64,000 nucleotides of DNA from Actinomycetota bacterium (GTDB lineage Bacteria; Actinomycetota; Acidimicrobiia; IMCC26256; JACPCJ01), in contig JACPCJ010000102.1 of assembly GCA_016179865.1 (NCBI GenBank), positions 1,701 to 65,700 on the forward strand, written 5' to 3'. Of this stretch, positions 48,875-57,624 are shown in pieces. Position 1 is the stretch's first letter, and each line of letters opens with the position of its first letter. The notes beneath the pieces are model-generated. The model was not told where the DNA came from, did no database searches, and was given only the letters and a program-made list of their open reading frames with translations. The translations under genes were made by a program, and so were the position numbers.

Positions 48875-50032
48875 GTGTCAGTGATACCGTCCCGGCCCGT
48901 GGGGGAACACTGGAGATACACGGACCTTGGGGCCGTCCGGCCGGCCGACGTCATGGCCCAGAACCCCGTCCTCGCCGGGCCGGTGAGGAAGGGCGGATCG
49001 CCGGTCGCCACCAGCGCGGTGTGGGGCCGCACCCACCTCAACGTGGGATGGTTCGACGACGTCGACGACACCCTCGACCTGGCGGCCTGTTCCCGGCTCG
49101 GTGTCGACGTGATCCGCCGCCCCGTCTACGGCGGGGGCACCGCCTTCTACCAGGAGGGCTGCGCCGTCATGTGGGGCTTCTTCCTCTCCCCCGATCAGGG
49201 CGGCACCCTGGACGAGAAGCTCGCCCGGTTCCAGCCCGTCCTCCTCGACGCCCTCGACCGGATCGGCCTCGGGGCGGTCGGCTACGAGGGGTCGAGTGAC
49301 TTCCGCTGGCGCGGCCGCAAGCTCGGGGCCCTCACGGCGCAGGAGGTGATGGGCGTGCACAACGTGGGGGGCTTCCTCAACATCGCCCCTCCTGACATCG
49401 ACCTCTACCTCCAGGTCGTCCGGGTGCCCGATGAGAAGTTCAAGGACAAGGCCGTGAAGGACATGCGCGAATACGTGTGCACCGCCGAAGAGGTGGCGGG
49501 ACGGCCGGTCAGCTACGACGAGTTCCGTGATGCCCTGGTCGGCGCCCTCACCGACTCGGGCGTCGAGATTGAAATCGAAGCGCTGACGGACGCCGAGCGT
49601 TCCCAGGTGGCCGACATCGCCGCCTACCTCAGCTCGGAGGACCAAGTACGACGGGTGTCTTCGGAGCGATTCGCCGCCGCCGCACCCCCGGGCAGTCGGG
49701 TCGGCTTCGGCAACGAGAAGGGCGGCAAGCTCTGCCGCGCCGGCGTGGCCATCGACTCCGCCGGTGTGGTCGTGGCGGCGATGATGGCGGGCGACATGCA
49801 CGTCGGTCCGCCGGACACCATGGACCGAATTGCCGACGCGCTGGTCGGGGCCGATTCCGAGGACGAGGCCGGGGTCAAGAGCCGCGTCGCCGCCATCTTC
49901 GAGGCACCGGACGTCGTGCAGCCGGAGGCCGCCGCCGTCACGACCGACCACCGCGTCGCGGCTATCCGCAAAGCCGTCGCCCAAGCGACGGCGCAGGGAC
50001 GGGCCGTCGCCGCTGTCGAAGAGACCACATGA
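48875..50032 (+). CDS. Lipoate-protein ligase-like (BPL/LPL catalytic family) protein
   Basis: WRYTDLG...MAQNPVL N-terminal pattern and RWRGRKLGALTAQ (conserved Lys). Start ambiguous among the GTGs at 48875, 48881 and 48899. Confidence 0.65.
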   Translation: MSVIPSRPVGEHWRYTDLGAVRPADVMAQNPVLAGPVRKGGSPVATSAVWGRTHLNVGWFDDVDDTLDLAACSRLGVDVIRRPVYGGGTAFYQEGCAVMWGFFLSPDQGGTLDEKLARFQPVLLDALDRIGLGAVGYEGSSDFRWRGRKLGALTAQEVMGVHNVGGFLNIAPPDIDLYLQVVRVPDEKFKDKAVKDMREYVCTAEEVAGRPVSYDEFRDALVGALTDSGVEIEIEALTDAERSQVADIAAYLSSEDQVRRVSSERFAAAAPPGSRVGFGNEKGGKLCRAGVAIDSAGVVVAAMMAGDMHVGPPDTMDRIADALVGADSEDEAGVKSRVAAIFEAPDVVQPEAAAVTTDHRVAAIRKAVAQATAQGRAVAAVEETT

Positions 50033-50811
50033 AGATCGAGGGTTCGACCGTCCTGGTGACCGGGGCCTCGTCGGGCATCGGCGCCGCCCTGGCACCGATG
50101 CTCGCCGAGCGGGGGGCGACGGTGGGTGTGGTGGCCCGGCGCGAGGATCGCCTCCGTGAGGTGCTCGACCGGTGCCTCCCCCACAGCCCCGGGTCCCGGC
50201 TGTTCGCCCACGACCTCGACGATGTCGAGGGCTCCGTCAAGCTGGCCCTCGAAGCCTGGGACGCCTTCTCCGGCCTCGACGTGGTCGTCCACAACGCCGC
50301 CGTCCCCTCCCGCCAACCCATCGCCGAGCTGACCATCGCGGAGCTGGAGAAGACCTTCCGCGTCAACTTCTTCTCCCCCGTTCGCATGACCATGGCCCTC
50401 CTGCCGAAGATGCTCGAGCGGGACTCAGGGATGATCGTGAACGTGTCGAGCCTCGGGGGGCGACTGGGCATCATCCACGAGGCCGCCTACTGCGCCACCA
50501 AGTTCGCTTTGTGCGGGTGGAGCGAGTCCATGGCCATCGACCTTCACGGGACGGGCGTCGAGGTACGCCTGGTGATCCCCGGGGCCATCGACACCGAGAT
50601 CTGGGACTCCCCCGAGACCGGCCCGCCCATCTACGAAGGGCCGAAGGAGCCCCCGGAGGTGGTGGCCGAAGGGATCATCGCCGCCATCGAGGGCGACGAA
50701 TTCGAGCACTACGTGCCCGACATGAAGGGCATCGCCGTGTGGAAGACCGAGCACGCCGGGGAGTTTCTGGCCTCGGTTGCCGAAGCCATGGGTGAAGGAG
50801 GCGCGGCATGA
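50029..50811 (+). CDS. SDR family oxidoreductase
   Basis: TVLVTGASSGIG, HNAA and YCATKFAL motifs. ATGA overlap with the upstream gene. Confidence 0.85.
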   Translation: MKIEGSTVLVTGASSGIGAALAPMLAERGATVGVVARREDRLREVLDRCLPHSPGSRLFAHDLDDVEGSVKLALEAWDAFSGLDVVVHNAAVPSRQPIAELTIAELEKTFRVNFFSPVRMTMALLPKMLERDSGMIVNVSSLGGRLGIIHEAAYCATKFALCGWSESMAIDLHGTGVEVRLVIPGAIDTEIWDSPETGPPIYEGPKEPPEVVAEGIIAAIEGDEFEHYVPDMKGIAVWKTEHAGEFLASVAEAMGEGGAA

Positions 50812-52049
50812 AGGCCCTCGTGTTCCTCGGCCAGGGCGAACCCCTCGACGGCCCCGCTCCCGCCGCCCCGCCCGACGGACCCCAACTGCTCCAGCACCTG
50901 GCCGTCACGCCCATGGCCCTCTACGAGGTCGAAGACCCGAAGCCACTGGCCGACGACTGGCTGGTGCTCAAGACCCGCATGTGCGGGGTCTGCGGGTCGG
51001 ACGCCAAGCAGGTGCTCATGGACTTCGAGGACGGGGGCGACAACCCCATGACCGGGTTCATCTCATTTCCCCAGGTGCTCGGACACGAGGTGGTCGCCGA
51101 GGTGGTGGAGGCCGGGCCGGCAGTCGATGACGTCGCCGTGGGCCAGCGGGTGGTCCTCAACCCGTGGCTCTCGTGCGCCCCCCGGGGCATCGAGCCCCTG
51201 TGCCCTCGCTGCAAGGCGGGGGACCTCTCGCTGTGCGAAAACTTCCACGGCGGCATCCTCTCGCCTGGCATCCACACCGGGAACGCCACCGAGGCCACCG
51301 GCGGGTTCGCCGAGTTCCTGCCCGCCCATCAGTCGATGGCGATCCCCGTCCCCGACGCCGTCCCCGACGAGGTGGCGGTGCTCGCCGACCCGTTTTCCGT
51401 GGCGCTCCACGCCGTGACCCGGAATCCACCTCCCGACGGAGGCCGGGCCCTCGTGTACGGCTCTGGGGCACTCGGAACGTGTGCGACCGCCATCCTCCGA
51501 GCGCTCTACCCGTCGGTGGAGGTCGGCGTCGTGGCCATGTGGCCCGCCCAGCAGGCGCTGGCTGGCAAGCTCGGGGCGCGGGTGTTCTCCCCCGAGCCAG
51601 TCGAGGAGCTCGTGGAAGCCCTCGCCGACTGGTCAGGTGGGGTCCTGCGCACCCCGTTCGACGGCCTCCCGACCGCCCACCCGGGCCGGATCGACGTGGT
51701 GTACGACACCGTGGCCTCCACCCGCACCATCGAGGTCGCCATCCGCGTGCTCGCCGAGCGGGGGACGCTCGTGCAGCTCGGCCTGTCGTCTCCGGGGCGC
51801 ACCGAGTGGACGCCGCTCTACTTCAAAGAAATCCGCTGGGTGGGCTCCAACGCCTTCGGCGTCGAGGAGGTCGACGGGGTGCGCAAACACGCCATCGCCC
51901 ACTACCTGGATCTGACGGCGTCGGGACGGGTTGACGTGAGCGCCATGCTCACCCACACGTTCCGGTTGGAGGAGTGGCGCGCCGCCTTCGAAACCCTCGT
52001 CGGCCAGGGCGAAACCGGCGCCATCAAGGTCGCCTTCGACTTTCGATAG
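50808..52049 (+). CDS. Zinc-binding medium-chain dehydrogenase/reductase (MDR)
   Basis: CGVCGSD, GHEVVAEV, structural-zinc Cys cluster (CAPRG..CPRCKAGDLSLC), GSGALG Rossmann motif. ATGA overlap with the upstream gene. Confidence 0.85.
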   Translation: MKALVFLGQGEPLDGPAPAAPPDGPQLLQHLAVTPMALYEVEDPKPLADDWLVLKTRMCGVCGSDAKQVLMDFEDGGDNPMTGFISFPQVLGHEVVAEVVEAGPAVDDVAVGQRVVLNPWLSCAPRGIEPLCPRCKAGDLSLCENFHGGILSPGIHTGNATEATGGFAEFLPAHQSMAIPVPDAVPDEVAVLADPFSVALHAVTRNPPPDGGRALVYGSGALGTCATAILRALYPSVEVGVVAMWPAQQALAGKLGARVFSPEPVEELVEALADWSGGVLRTPFDGLPTAHPGRIDVVYDTVASTRTIEVAIRVLAERGTLVQLGLSSPGRTEWTPLYFKEIRWVGSNAFGVEEVDGVRKHAIAHYLDLTASGRVDVSAMLTHTFRLEEWRAAFETLVGQGETGAIKVAFDFR

Positions 52050-52114
52050 CGCACCGCGCCCTTCGGGCCCCCGGCGTGTGGAGGGGATGAACCACACGCC
52101 AGCAGGAGTTGGGC

Positions 52115-53551
52115 ATGCCGATCCGGGGGGTCGTCGGCTGGGCCCGAGCGGCCTTATCGGTGCTCGTCGCCGCGGGTGCAGTTGTCATGGGAGTACGCGG
52201 GCTTAGCCCGGCACCGTCCCAGGCTGCGCCGCGAGCGGCCGCGCATGAGAGTGAGGGCGCCTTCGTCGACGCCGCCGCCCACGCCGGAGGGCATGGCCTC
52301 TACCTCCTCGACCGAGCCGGCGGCGTGCACGTGCGGGGCGAAGCGCCGTACCTCGGCTCGCTCCCCGAACGCGGCGTCGTCGCCACCGCGGTCGCGATCG
52401 TTCCGACCCCGAGTGGCGGCGGCGGCTATCTGGCCCTCGACGGCGACGGCGGCGTGTTCGCCTTCGGCGACGCTCGCTTCGCCGGCTCGGTCCCGGCCCT
52501 GCGGGCGGCGGGCGTCCCGGTTGGCTCCGCCCGGGCGGTCGACCTCGCCGCCGCGCCCGATGGCGCCTACTACGTGCTCGACGCCGCCGGGGGAATCTTC
52601 AGCTTCGGCGGGGCGCCGTTCTTCGGGTCGATCCCGACGCTGCGCGCGGCGGGGAGGCCAGTGGGCGAGGCCGCCGTCCGCGATCTCGTGGTGGCCCGCG
52701 ACGGGCGCGGCTACTGGGTGACGGACTCGGCGGGGGGAATCTTCTCCTTCGGAGCGGTGGCCTTCCACGGGTCGGCGCCGTCCATCGGGCAGCCCTTCTC
52801 CCTCACCGCCACCGCCGTGATTCCCGACGGGTCGGGCTACTGGATGATGGACGCCGCCGGGGGCCTCCTGGCCTTCGGGACAGCGGCGGGCGGCGCCGTG
52901 ACCCCGGTGCCGGCCCCGGCCCCGAGTGGGCCGGGCGCCTTCGCCTTCATCGCCACGGGCGCCGACGGAGAACCGATCCGATTCAACCCCTGCCACCCGA
53001 TCGCCTATGTCGTGCACGCCGGCGGGGAGGCTCCGGGCAACGCCCGCCAGCTCGTCGGAGACGCCTTCCGTCAGATCACCGACGCCACCGGCATCGCCTT
53101 CGTCGATCGGGGCACGACCGGGGAGACCTTCTCGCCCCGGCTCGACCGACCGAAGTGGAACCATCCGTCGTACGGCTCTGGGCCGACCCCGGTGCTGATC
53201 AGCTTCGAAGCTCCGAGCCCGTCCAACGGACTCGTCGCCGACGACGCCGGGCTGGCGGGGCGCCAGGACGCCCTCAACTCCGCCGGTCGGGCCGTGGTCG
53301 TGACCGGGAGCGTCGTCGTCAACACCGCCCTCGGGCTGCCCGCCGACTTCTCGAACAGCGCCAGCTACGGCGGCGTGCTGCTCCACGAGCTCGGGCACCT
53401 GATGGGACTCGACCACGTGGCCGGGGACGGCCTGATTATGAGCGCTGTCCTCCGTGCTGGTGGCCCCGGATCGCTCCAGACGGGGGACCGCGAGGGTCTG
53501 AGCCGCCTCGGAAGCGGAGCCGGGTGCGTCAGTGACCCAACGCCGCGGTGA
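52115..53551 (+). CDS. Secreted metzincin (matrixin-like) zinc protease with N-terminal ~47-aa repeat module
   Basis: ATG 7 nt after AGGAG. Signal or anchor sequence, 4-5 repeats (GYxxLDxxGGxFxFGxAxFxGS), and HELGHLMGLDH plus LIMS (HExxHxxGxxH with Met-turn). Confidence 0.8.
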   Translation: MPIRGVVGWARAALSVLVAAGAVVMGVRGLSPAPSQAAPRAAAHESEGAFVDAAAHAGGHGLYLLDRAGGVHVRGEAPYLGSLPERGVVATAVAIVPTPSGGGGYLALDGDGGVFAFGDARFAGSVPALRAAGVPVGSARAVDLAAAPDGAYYVLDAAGGIFSFGGAPFFGSIPTLRAAGRPVGEAAVRDLVVARDGRGYWVTDSAGGIFSFGAVAFHGSAPSIGQPFSLTATAVIPDGSGYWMMDAAGGLLAFGTAAGGAVTPVPAPAPSGPGAFAFIATGADGEPIRFNPCHPIAYVVHAGGEAPGNARQLVGDAFRQITDATGIAFVDRGTTGETFSPRLDRPKWNHPSYGSGPTPVLISFEAPSPSNGLVADDAGLAGRQDALNSAGRAVVVTGSVVVNTALGLPADFSNSASYGGVLLHELGHLMGLDHVAGDGLIMSAVLRAGGPGSLQTGDREGLSRLGSGAGCVSDPTPR

Positions 53552-53631
53552 TCCACCTATGATTTCCCGAGCGAGCAGGTCAGTCAGGCGTGCTCGGTGG
53601 ACATATAGGCAAAGCCAGTAAGGAGCACGAC

Positions 53632-53841
53632 GTGACAGAGACCGGCACCGTGAAGTTCTTCAACTCGGAGAAGGGGTACGGGTTCATTTCCCGCGAGGGC
53701 AAGGACGACGTGTTCGTCCACTTCTCGCAGATCCAGATGGAGGGCTACAAGAGCCTCGAGGAAGGCCAACAGGTCGAATTCGAGGTCGGCCCCGGGCGCA
53801 AGGGTGAGGAGGCGCAGAACGTCCGCCCCGCTGGGGGCTGA
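53632..53841 (+). CDS. cspA: Cold-shock protein (CSD)
   Basis: GTG at 53632 with AAGGAG 7 nt upstream. [15 protein letters not shown] and DVFVHFS RNP motifs. Confidence 0.9.
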   Translation: MTETGTVKFFNSEKGYGFISREGKDDVFVHFSQIQMEGYKSLEEGQQVEFEVGPGRKGEEAQNVRPAGG

Positions 53842-53865
53842 GTTCCCGCGCTTCCCGATCGCCGT

Positions 53866-54678
53866 TCAGGCGCTCCCCTCGCCGGCCCCGGTCGGCGGAA
53901 GGAGCGCCTGAACTTTTTGCAGAAGCCCGTCGGTACCCGACGTGTGCAGGGTCAGGCCACCGTCGACCACGAGGTTCTGCCCCGTGAGAAACCGCGACTG
54001 GTCGGAACAGAGGAAGACCACCACGTCGGCGATGTCCTCGGGTTCCCCGGCCCGCCCCACCGGGGTCTTGGCGATGATTCCGGCCACGTGGTCGGGCAGC
54101 ATCTCGTCGAGCGGCGCGGTGAGGGCCGAATTGACGTGTCCGGGCGACACGGCGTTCACCCGGATCGTGGGGGCGTATTCGAGCGCCGCCGAGGCGGTGA
54201 GGGCGGCGATGGCGGCCTTGGCGGCCGAGTACGCGCCCTCCCCCGCCGCCGGGCGCGTGCCGCTGATCGACGCCGTGTTGACGATCCGCCCGTCGCCCCG
54301 TTCGAGCATGATCGGCACCTCGGCCCGCAGGCCGTGGAACACGCCGTAGAGGCTCACCTGGAGCACCCGGTCCCACTGGCCGAGGTCGTATTCGTGCAGG
54401 GGCTGGATCCACCCCACCCCGGCGTTGTTGAAGGCGATCGACAGGCCACCGAGGGCGGACGCCGCGTCCTGCACCGCCCGCTCGGTGGCCCCGGCGTCGG
54501 TGACGTCGACGGCGAACGCGTGGCCGCCGATTTCATCCGCCACCGCTTTGGCGCCCGCCTCGTCGACGTCGAGCACGGCGACCACAGCGCCTTCCTCGGT
54601 CATCCGCCGCGCCGTGGCCCGGCCGATCCCCGACGCCCCACCCGTGACCAGCGCCCGGTGCCCGTCCAGCAGCCCCAC
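53866..54678 (-). CDS. SDR family oxidoreductase
   Basis: GTG at 54678. RALVTGGASGIG, NNAG and YSAAKAAI motifs. Confidence 0.85.
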   Translation of the reverse strand: MGLLDGHRALVTGGASGIGRATARRMTEEGAVVAVLDVDEAGAKAVADEIGGHAFAVDVTDAGATERAVQDAASALGGLSIAFNNAGVGWIQPLHEYDLGQWDRVLQVSLYGVFHGLRAEVPIMLERGDGRIVNTASISGTRPAAGEGAYSAAKAAIAALTASAALEYAPTIRVNAVSPGHVNSALTAPLDEMLPDHVAGIIAKTPVGRAGEPEDIADVVVFLCSDQSRFLTGQNLVVDGGLTLHTSGTDGLLQKVQALLPPTGAGEGSA

Positions 54679-54697
54679 GCCTCCGTCTCCTTCCCGT

Positions 54698-54744
54698 GTC
54701 TGTGTCGCGTTACGGCGCGCATACGCACGTAACGCGACGCAGAC
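54698..54744. promoter_or_regulatory. 17-bp-arm inverted repeat (1 mismatch, 13-nt spacer) in a divergent promoter region; candidate operator
   Basis: gtctgtgtcgcgttacg-gcgcgcatacgca-cgtaacgcgacgcagac. A second small palindrome tgacgc-tg-gcgtca lies at 54751-54764. Confidence 0.5.
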
Positions 54745-54801
54745 GCTAACTGACGCTGGCGTCACATTTCTCGGAGACGGGCCACTACGCTGCGGCGTCA
54801 G

Positions 54802-56010
54802 ATGGACCTGGCGCTCACGGAGAACGAGGACCAGCAGGCCCTCCGCAAGCTTGCCCGCGACATCGCCGAGCGCGAACTCGCCCCCCGGGCCGCCCAGTGG
54901 GACGAGACCGAGGAGTTCCCCCACGATTCATGGGAGGTCTTCAAGAAGGCCGACCTCTTCGCCGTCACCGTCGGCGAGGAATACGGCGGCATGGGGATGG
55001 GCGATGTCGAGTCGACCATCGTTCTCGAGGAGTTGGCGCGGGCCGACGTCTCCAGCGCCATCGTCGCCCACCTGAACTACAACGGCCCGCCCCGGGCCAT
55101 CGAACATCTGGGGAATGACTCTCTGAAGCAGAATTGGCTGCCCCGGGTGGCGAGCGGCGACGCCCTGTTCTGCATCGGCATCACCGAGCCCGACGCCGGC
55201 TCCGCCGCCAACCTCATGCGGGCGTCGCTCACCGAGGATCCGGCGGGCGGGTTCCGGCTCAATGCCTACAAGAACTTCGTCACCGGCGGCCACGTGGCGG
55301 CGGCGTGCCTCGTCTGGGCCCGCTTCCCCGGCGGCGAGGGGGCCAAGGGGATCGGCGCCGTGGTGGTCGACCTGTCGTCGCCTGGGGTGTCGGTCACGGG
55401 GGTTCACAAGAAGATGGGGCTCCGGGGCTGCACCGAGGCGGAGCTGGCCTTCGACGACGTCCACGTCGCCAGCGAGGACGTCCTCGTGTGGGGCGACCCC
55501 GACAGCACCGACCCGTTCCGCGACCTGCTCCTTCACCTCAACCACGAACGGTGCGGCAACGCGGCCATGTGCCTCGGAGCCGGGCAGGGCGCACTCGAAG
55601 CCGCGGTTCAATACATGAACGAGCGCCAGGTCGGATCGGGAACATTGGCCGACCTCCAAGGCCTCCAGTGGAAGGTCGCCGATATGGCCACCCAACTGGA
55701 ATCCGCTCGCCTCCTCCTCTACCGGGCGGTCTCGATGGCGGGGCCGCACGGCACACCACCCCCGCTGGAGACGGCCATGGCCAAGACGGCGTGCAACCTG
55801 GCTGCGCGGTCGGTGTGCGACGAGGCCATCCAGCTCCACGGCGGCTATGGCTTTTCCCGCGAGTACGCCGTCGAGCGGATGTACCGCGACATCCGGGGCC
55901 TGTCGATCGGGGCGGGAACCGTCGAGGTGCAACGCAACTTCATCGGCACCAACGTGCTGAAGGGCCGAACCACGTCGAGCCCGGGCTGGCGCAACCCGCT
56001 GGTCGGCTGA
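54802..56010 (+). CDS. Acyl-CoA dehydrogenase
   Basis: 402 aa with ACAD N-terminal, middle and C-terminal patterns (...IQLHGGYGFSREYAVERMYRD). Confidence 0.9.
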   Translation: MDLALTENEDQQALRKLARDIAERELAPRAAQWDETEEFPHDSWEVFKKADLFAVTVGEEYGGMGMGDVESTIVLEELARADVSSAIVAHLNYNGPPRAIEHLGNDSLKQNWLPRVASGDALFCIGITEPDAGSAANLMRASLTEDPAGGFRLNAYKNFVTGGHVAAACLVWARFPGGEGAKGIGAVVVDLSSPGVSVTGVHKKMGLRGCTEAELAFDDVHVASEDVLVWGDPDSTDPFRDLLLHLNHERCGNAAMCLGAGQGALEAAVQYMNERQVGSGTLADLQGLQWKVADMATQLESARLLLYRAVSMAGPHGTPPPLETAMAKTACNLAARSVCDEAIQLHGGYGFSREYAVERMYRDIRGLSIGAGTVEVQRNFIGTNVLKGRTTSSPGWRNPLVG

Positions 56011-56016
56011 CCCTCG

Positions 56017-57624
56017 GTGCCCGCCAAGCTCAAGCCCACCCTCCGACACGCTCGGGAGCGTGACTATCGCCGTCCGGGCGGGCCGTGGGACGTGCCGTCG
56101 CTCGACGTCGTGCTCACCGACGCCGGGCCCCACCCCGAGCTCCTCGTCGACGGCGGGGTCCGTCTCGGATCCGCCGAGGTCAACGAGCGCGTGGCCCGCC
56201 TCGCCGGCGGCCTGCGGGCACGAGGCGTCGGCCGGGGCGACGTCGTGGCCTGGCAGGCGCCGAACTGGCACGAGGCGGTGCTGCTCTACCGGGCCTGCTG
56301 GCGCCTCGGCGCCGTGGCGGCGCCCATCCACCACCGGGCTGGTAGCGCCGAGGTGGACGCCATGCTGGGTCAGGTAGGACCGGCGCTCACCCTGGCGGCC
56401 CACGGGCTCCCACTCGCCTCGCGGTCTGGCACCATCGCGATCCGGGGCCCAGGCCCGAGCGGCCTTGCCGAGCGGGGAGCAGGCGACGCCTTCGCCGAGC
56501 TGCTGAACGCCCGGCCGATCCTGGATCCGAGCGCCCGGCCCGGCGACCTCGCGTGTGTGCTCTTCACGTCGGGCTCGACGGGCGGGCCCAAGGGCGTGCT
56601 CCACACCCACCGAGGGCTGGCGGGTAAGGGCCTCTTGATGGAGGAGGTGCACGGGCTGCGGCCCGACGACGCCATCCTCATGCCAGCTCCCCTCGCCCAC
56701 ATCTCGGGGCTGTTGAACGCGGTGCTGAACCCGGGTGTGGCACCCATGAAGACCGTCCTCATGGACCAGTGGTCGCCGAGCGCGGCCATCGACCTCGTCG
56801 AGGCGGAACGGATCACGTTCATGATCGGGCCACCGACCTTCTTCGTCGAGATGATGCGGTCCCCCGACTTCAAGTCCGAGCGGGTCGAGAGCGTTCGACT
56901 GCTGTCGTGCGGCGGCGCGGGAGTCACACCCGCCTTCGTCGAGGTTGCGGCCCGGGAGTTCGGCGCCGTGGTGAAACGCACCTACGGCTCCACCGAGGCT
57001 CCCACCGTCACCACGTCGCATGCCAACGACGACGCCGTCCACGCCCGCGAGACCGACGGGCGGCCGACGGGTGCCGTCGAACTCCGGGTGGTCGACCCGG
57101 CGACGGGCGACGACTGCGCGCCGGGCGCGCCGGGCGAGCTGTGGGTACGGGGGCCAGAGCTCTTCGTCGGGTATGTCGACCGTGCCGAGACGGCGCGCGC
57201 CCACGCCCGGGGCGGCTGGTTCAAGACCGGGGACCTCGCCACCGTGGCCGCCGACGGGTGGCTGACCATCGTCGGCCGCCTGAAGGACGTGATCATCCGC
57301 AAGGGCGAGAACATCTCGGCGTCGGAGGTTGATGCTGTGCTCGAGGCACACCCGGCCATCTCCCAGGCCGTCACCCTCGGCGAGCCCGACGATGAGCTGG
57401 GCGAACGGGTCGTCGCCTTCGTGGTGGCGTCCCAACCCTTCGACCTGGACACCTGCCGGAGTTGGTTCGAACAGCAGGGGGTGGCGCGCTTCAAGGCGCC
57501 GGAACGACTGATCCAGCTCGACGAGATGCCAACCCTCGCCGCCGGCAAGCCCGATCGAGGTGCGCTCCGCAAGCTCTTGTCAACACAAGGCTCACAGGGA
57601 TTGGGAGGGGGGGCCGCACGATGA
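56017..57624 (+). CDS. AMP-dependent acyl-CoA synthetase/ligase
   Basis: LFTSGSTGGPKGVLHTH, YGSTE, and WFKTGDL...GRLKDVIIRKGENI. Confidence 0.9.
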   Translation: MPAKLKPTLRHARERDYRRPGGPWDVPSLDVVLTDAGPHPELLVDGGVRLGSAEVNERVARLAGGLRARGVGRGDVVAWQAPNWHEAVLLYRACWRLGAVAAPIHHRAGSAEVDAMLGQVGPALTLAAHGLPLASRSGTIAIRGPGPSGLAERGAGDAFAELLNARPILDPSARPGDLACVLFTSGSTGGPKGVLHTHRGLAGKGLLMEEVHGLRPDDAILMPAPLAHISGLLNAVLNPGVAPMKTVLMDQWSPSAAIDLVEAERITFMIGPPTFFVEMMRSPDFKSERVESVRLLSCGGAGVTPAFVEVAAREFGAVVKRTYGSTEAPTVTTSHANDDAVHARETDGRPTGAVELRVVDPATGDDCAPGAPGELWVRGPELFVGYVDRAETARAHARGGWFKTGDLATVAADGWLTIVGRLKDVIIRKGENISASEVDAVLEAHPAISQAVTLGEPDDELGERVVAFVVASQPFDLDTCRSWFEQQGVARFKAPERLIQLDEMPTLAAGKPDRGALRKLLSTQGSQGLGGGAAR

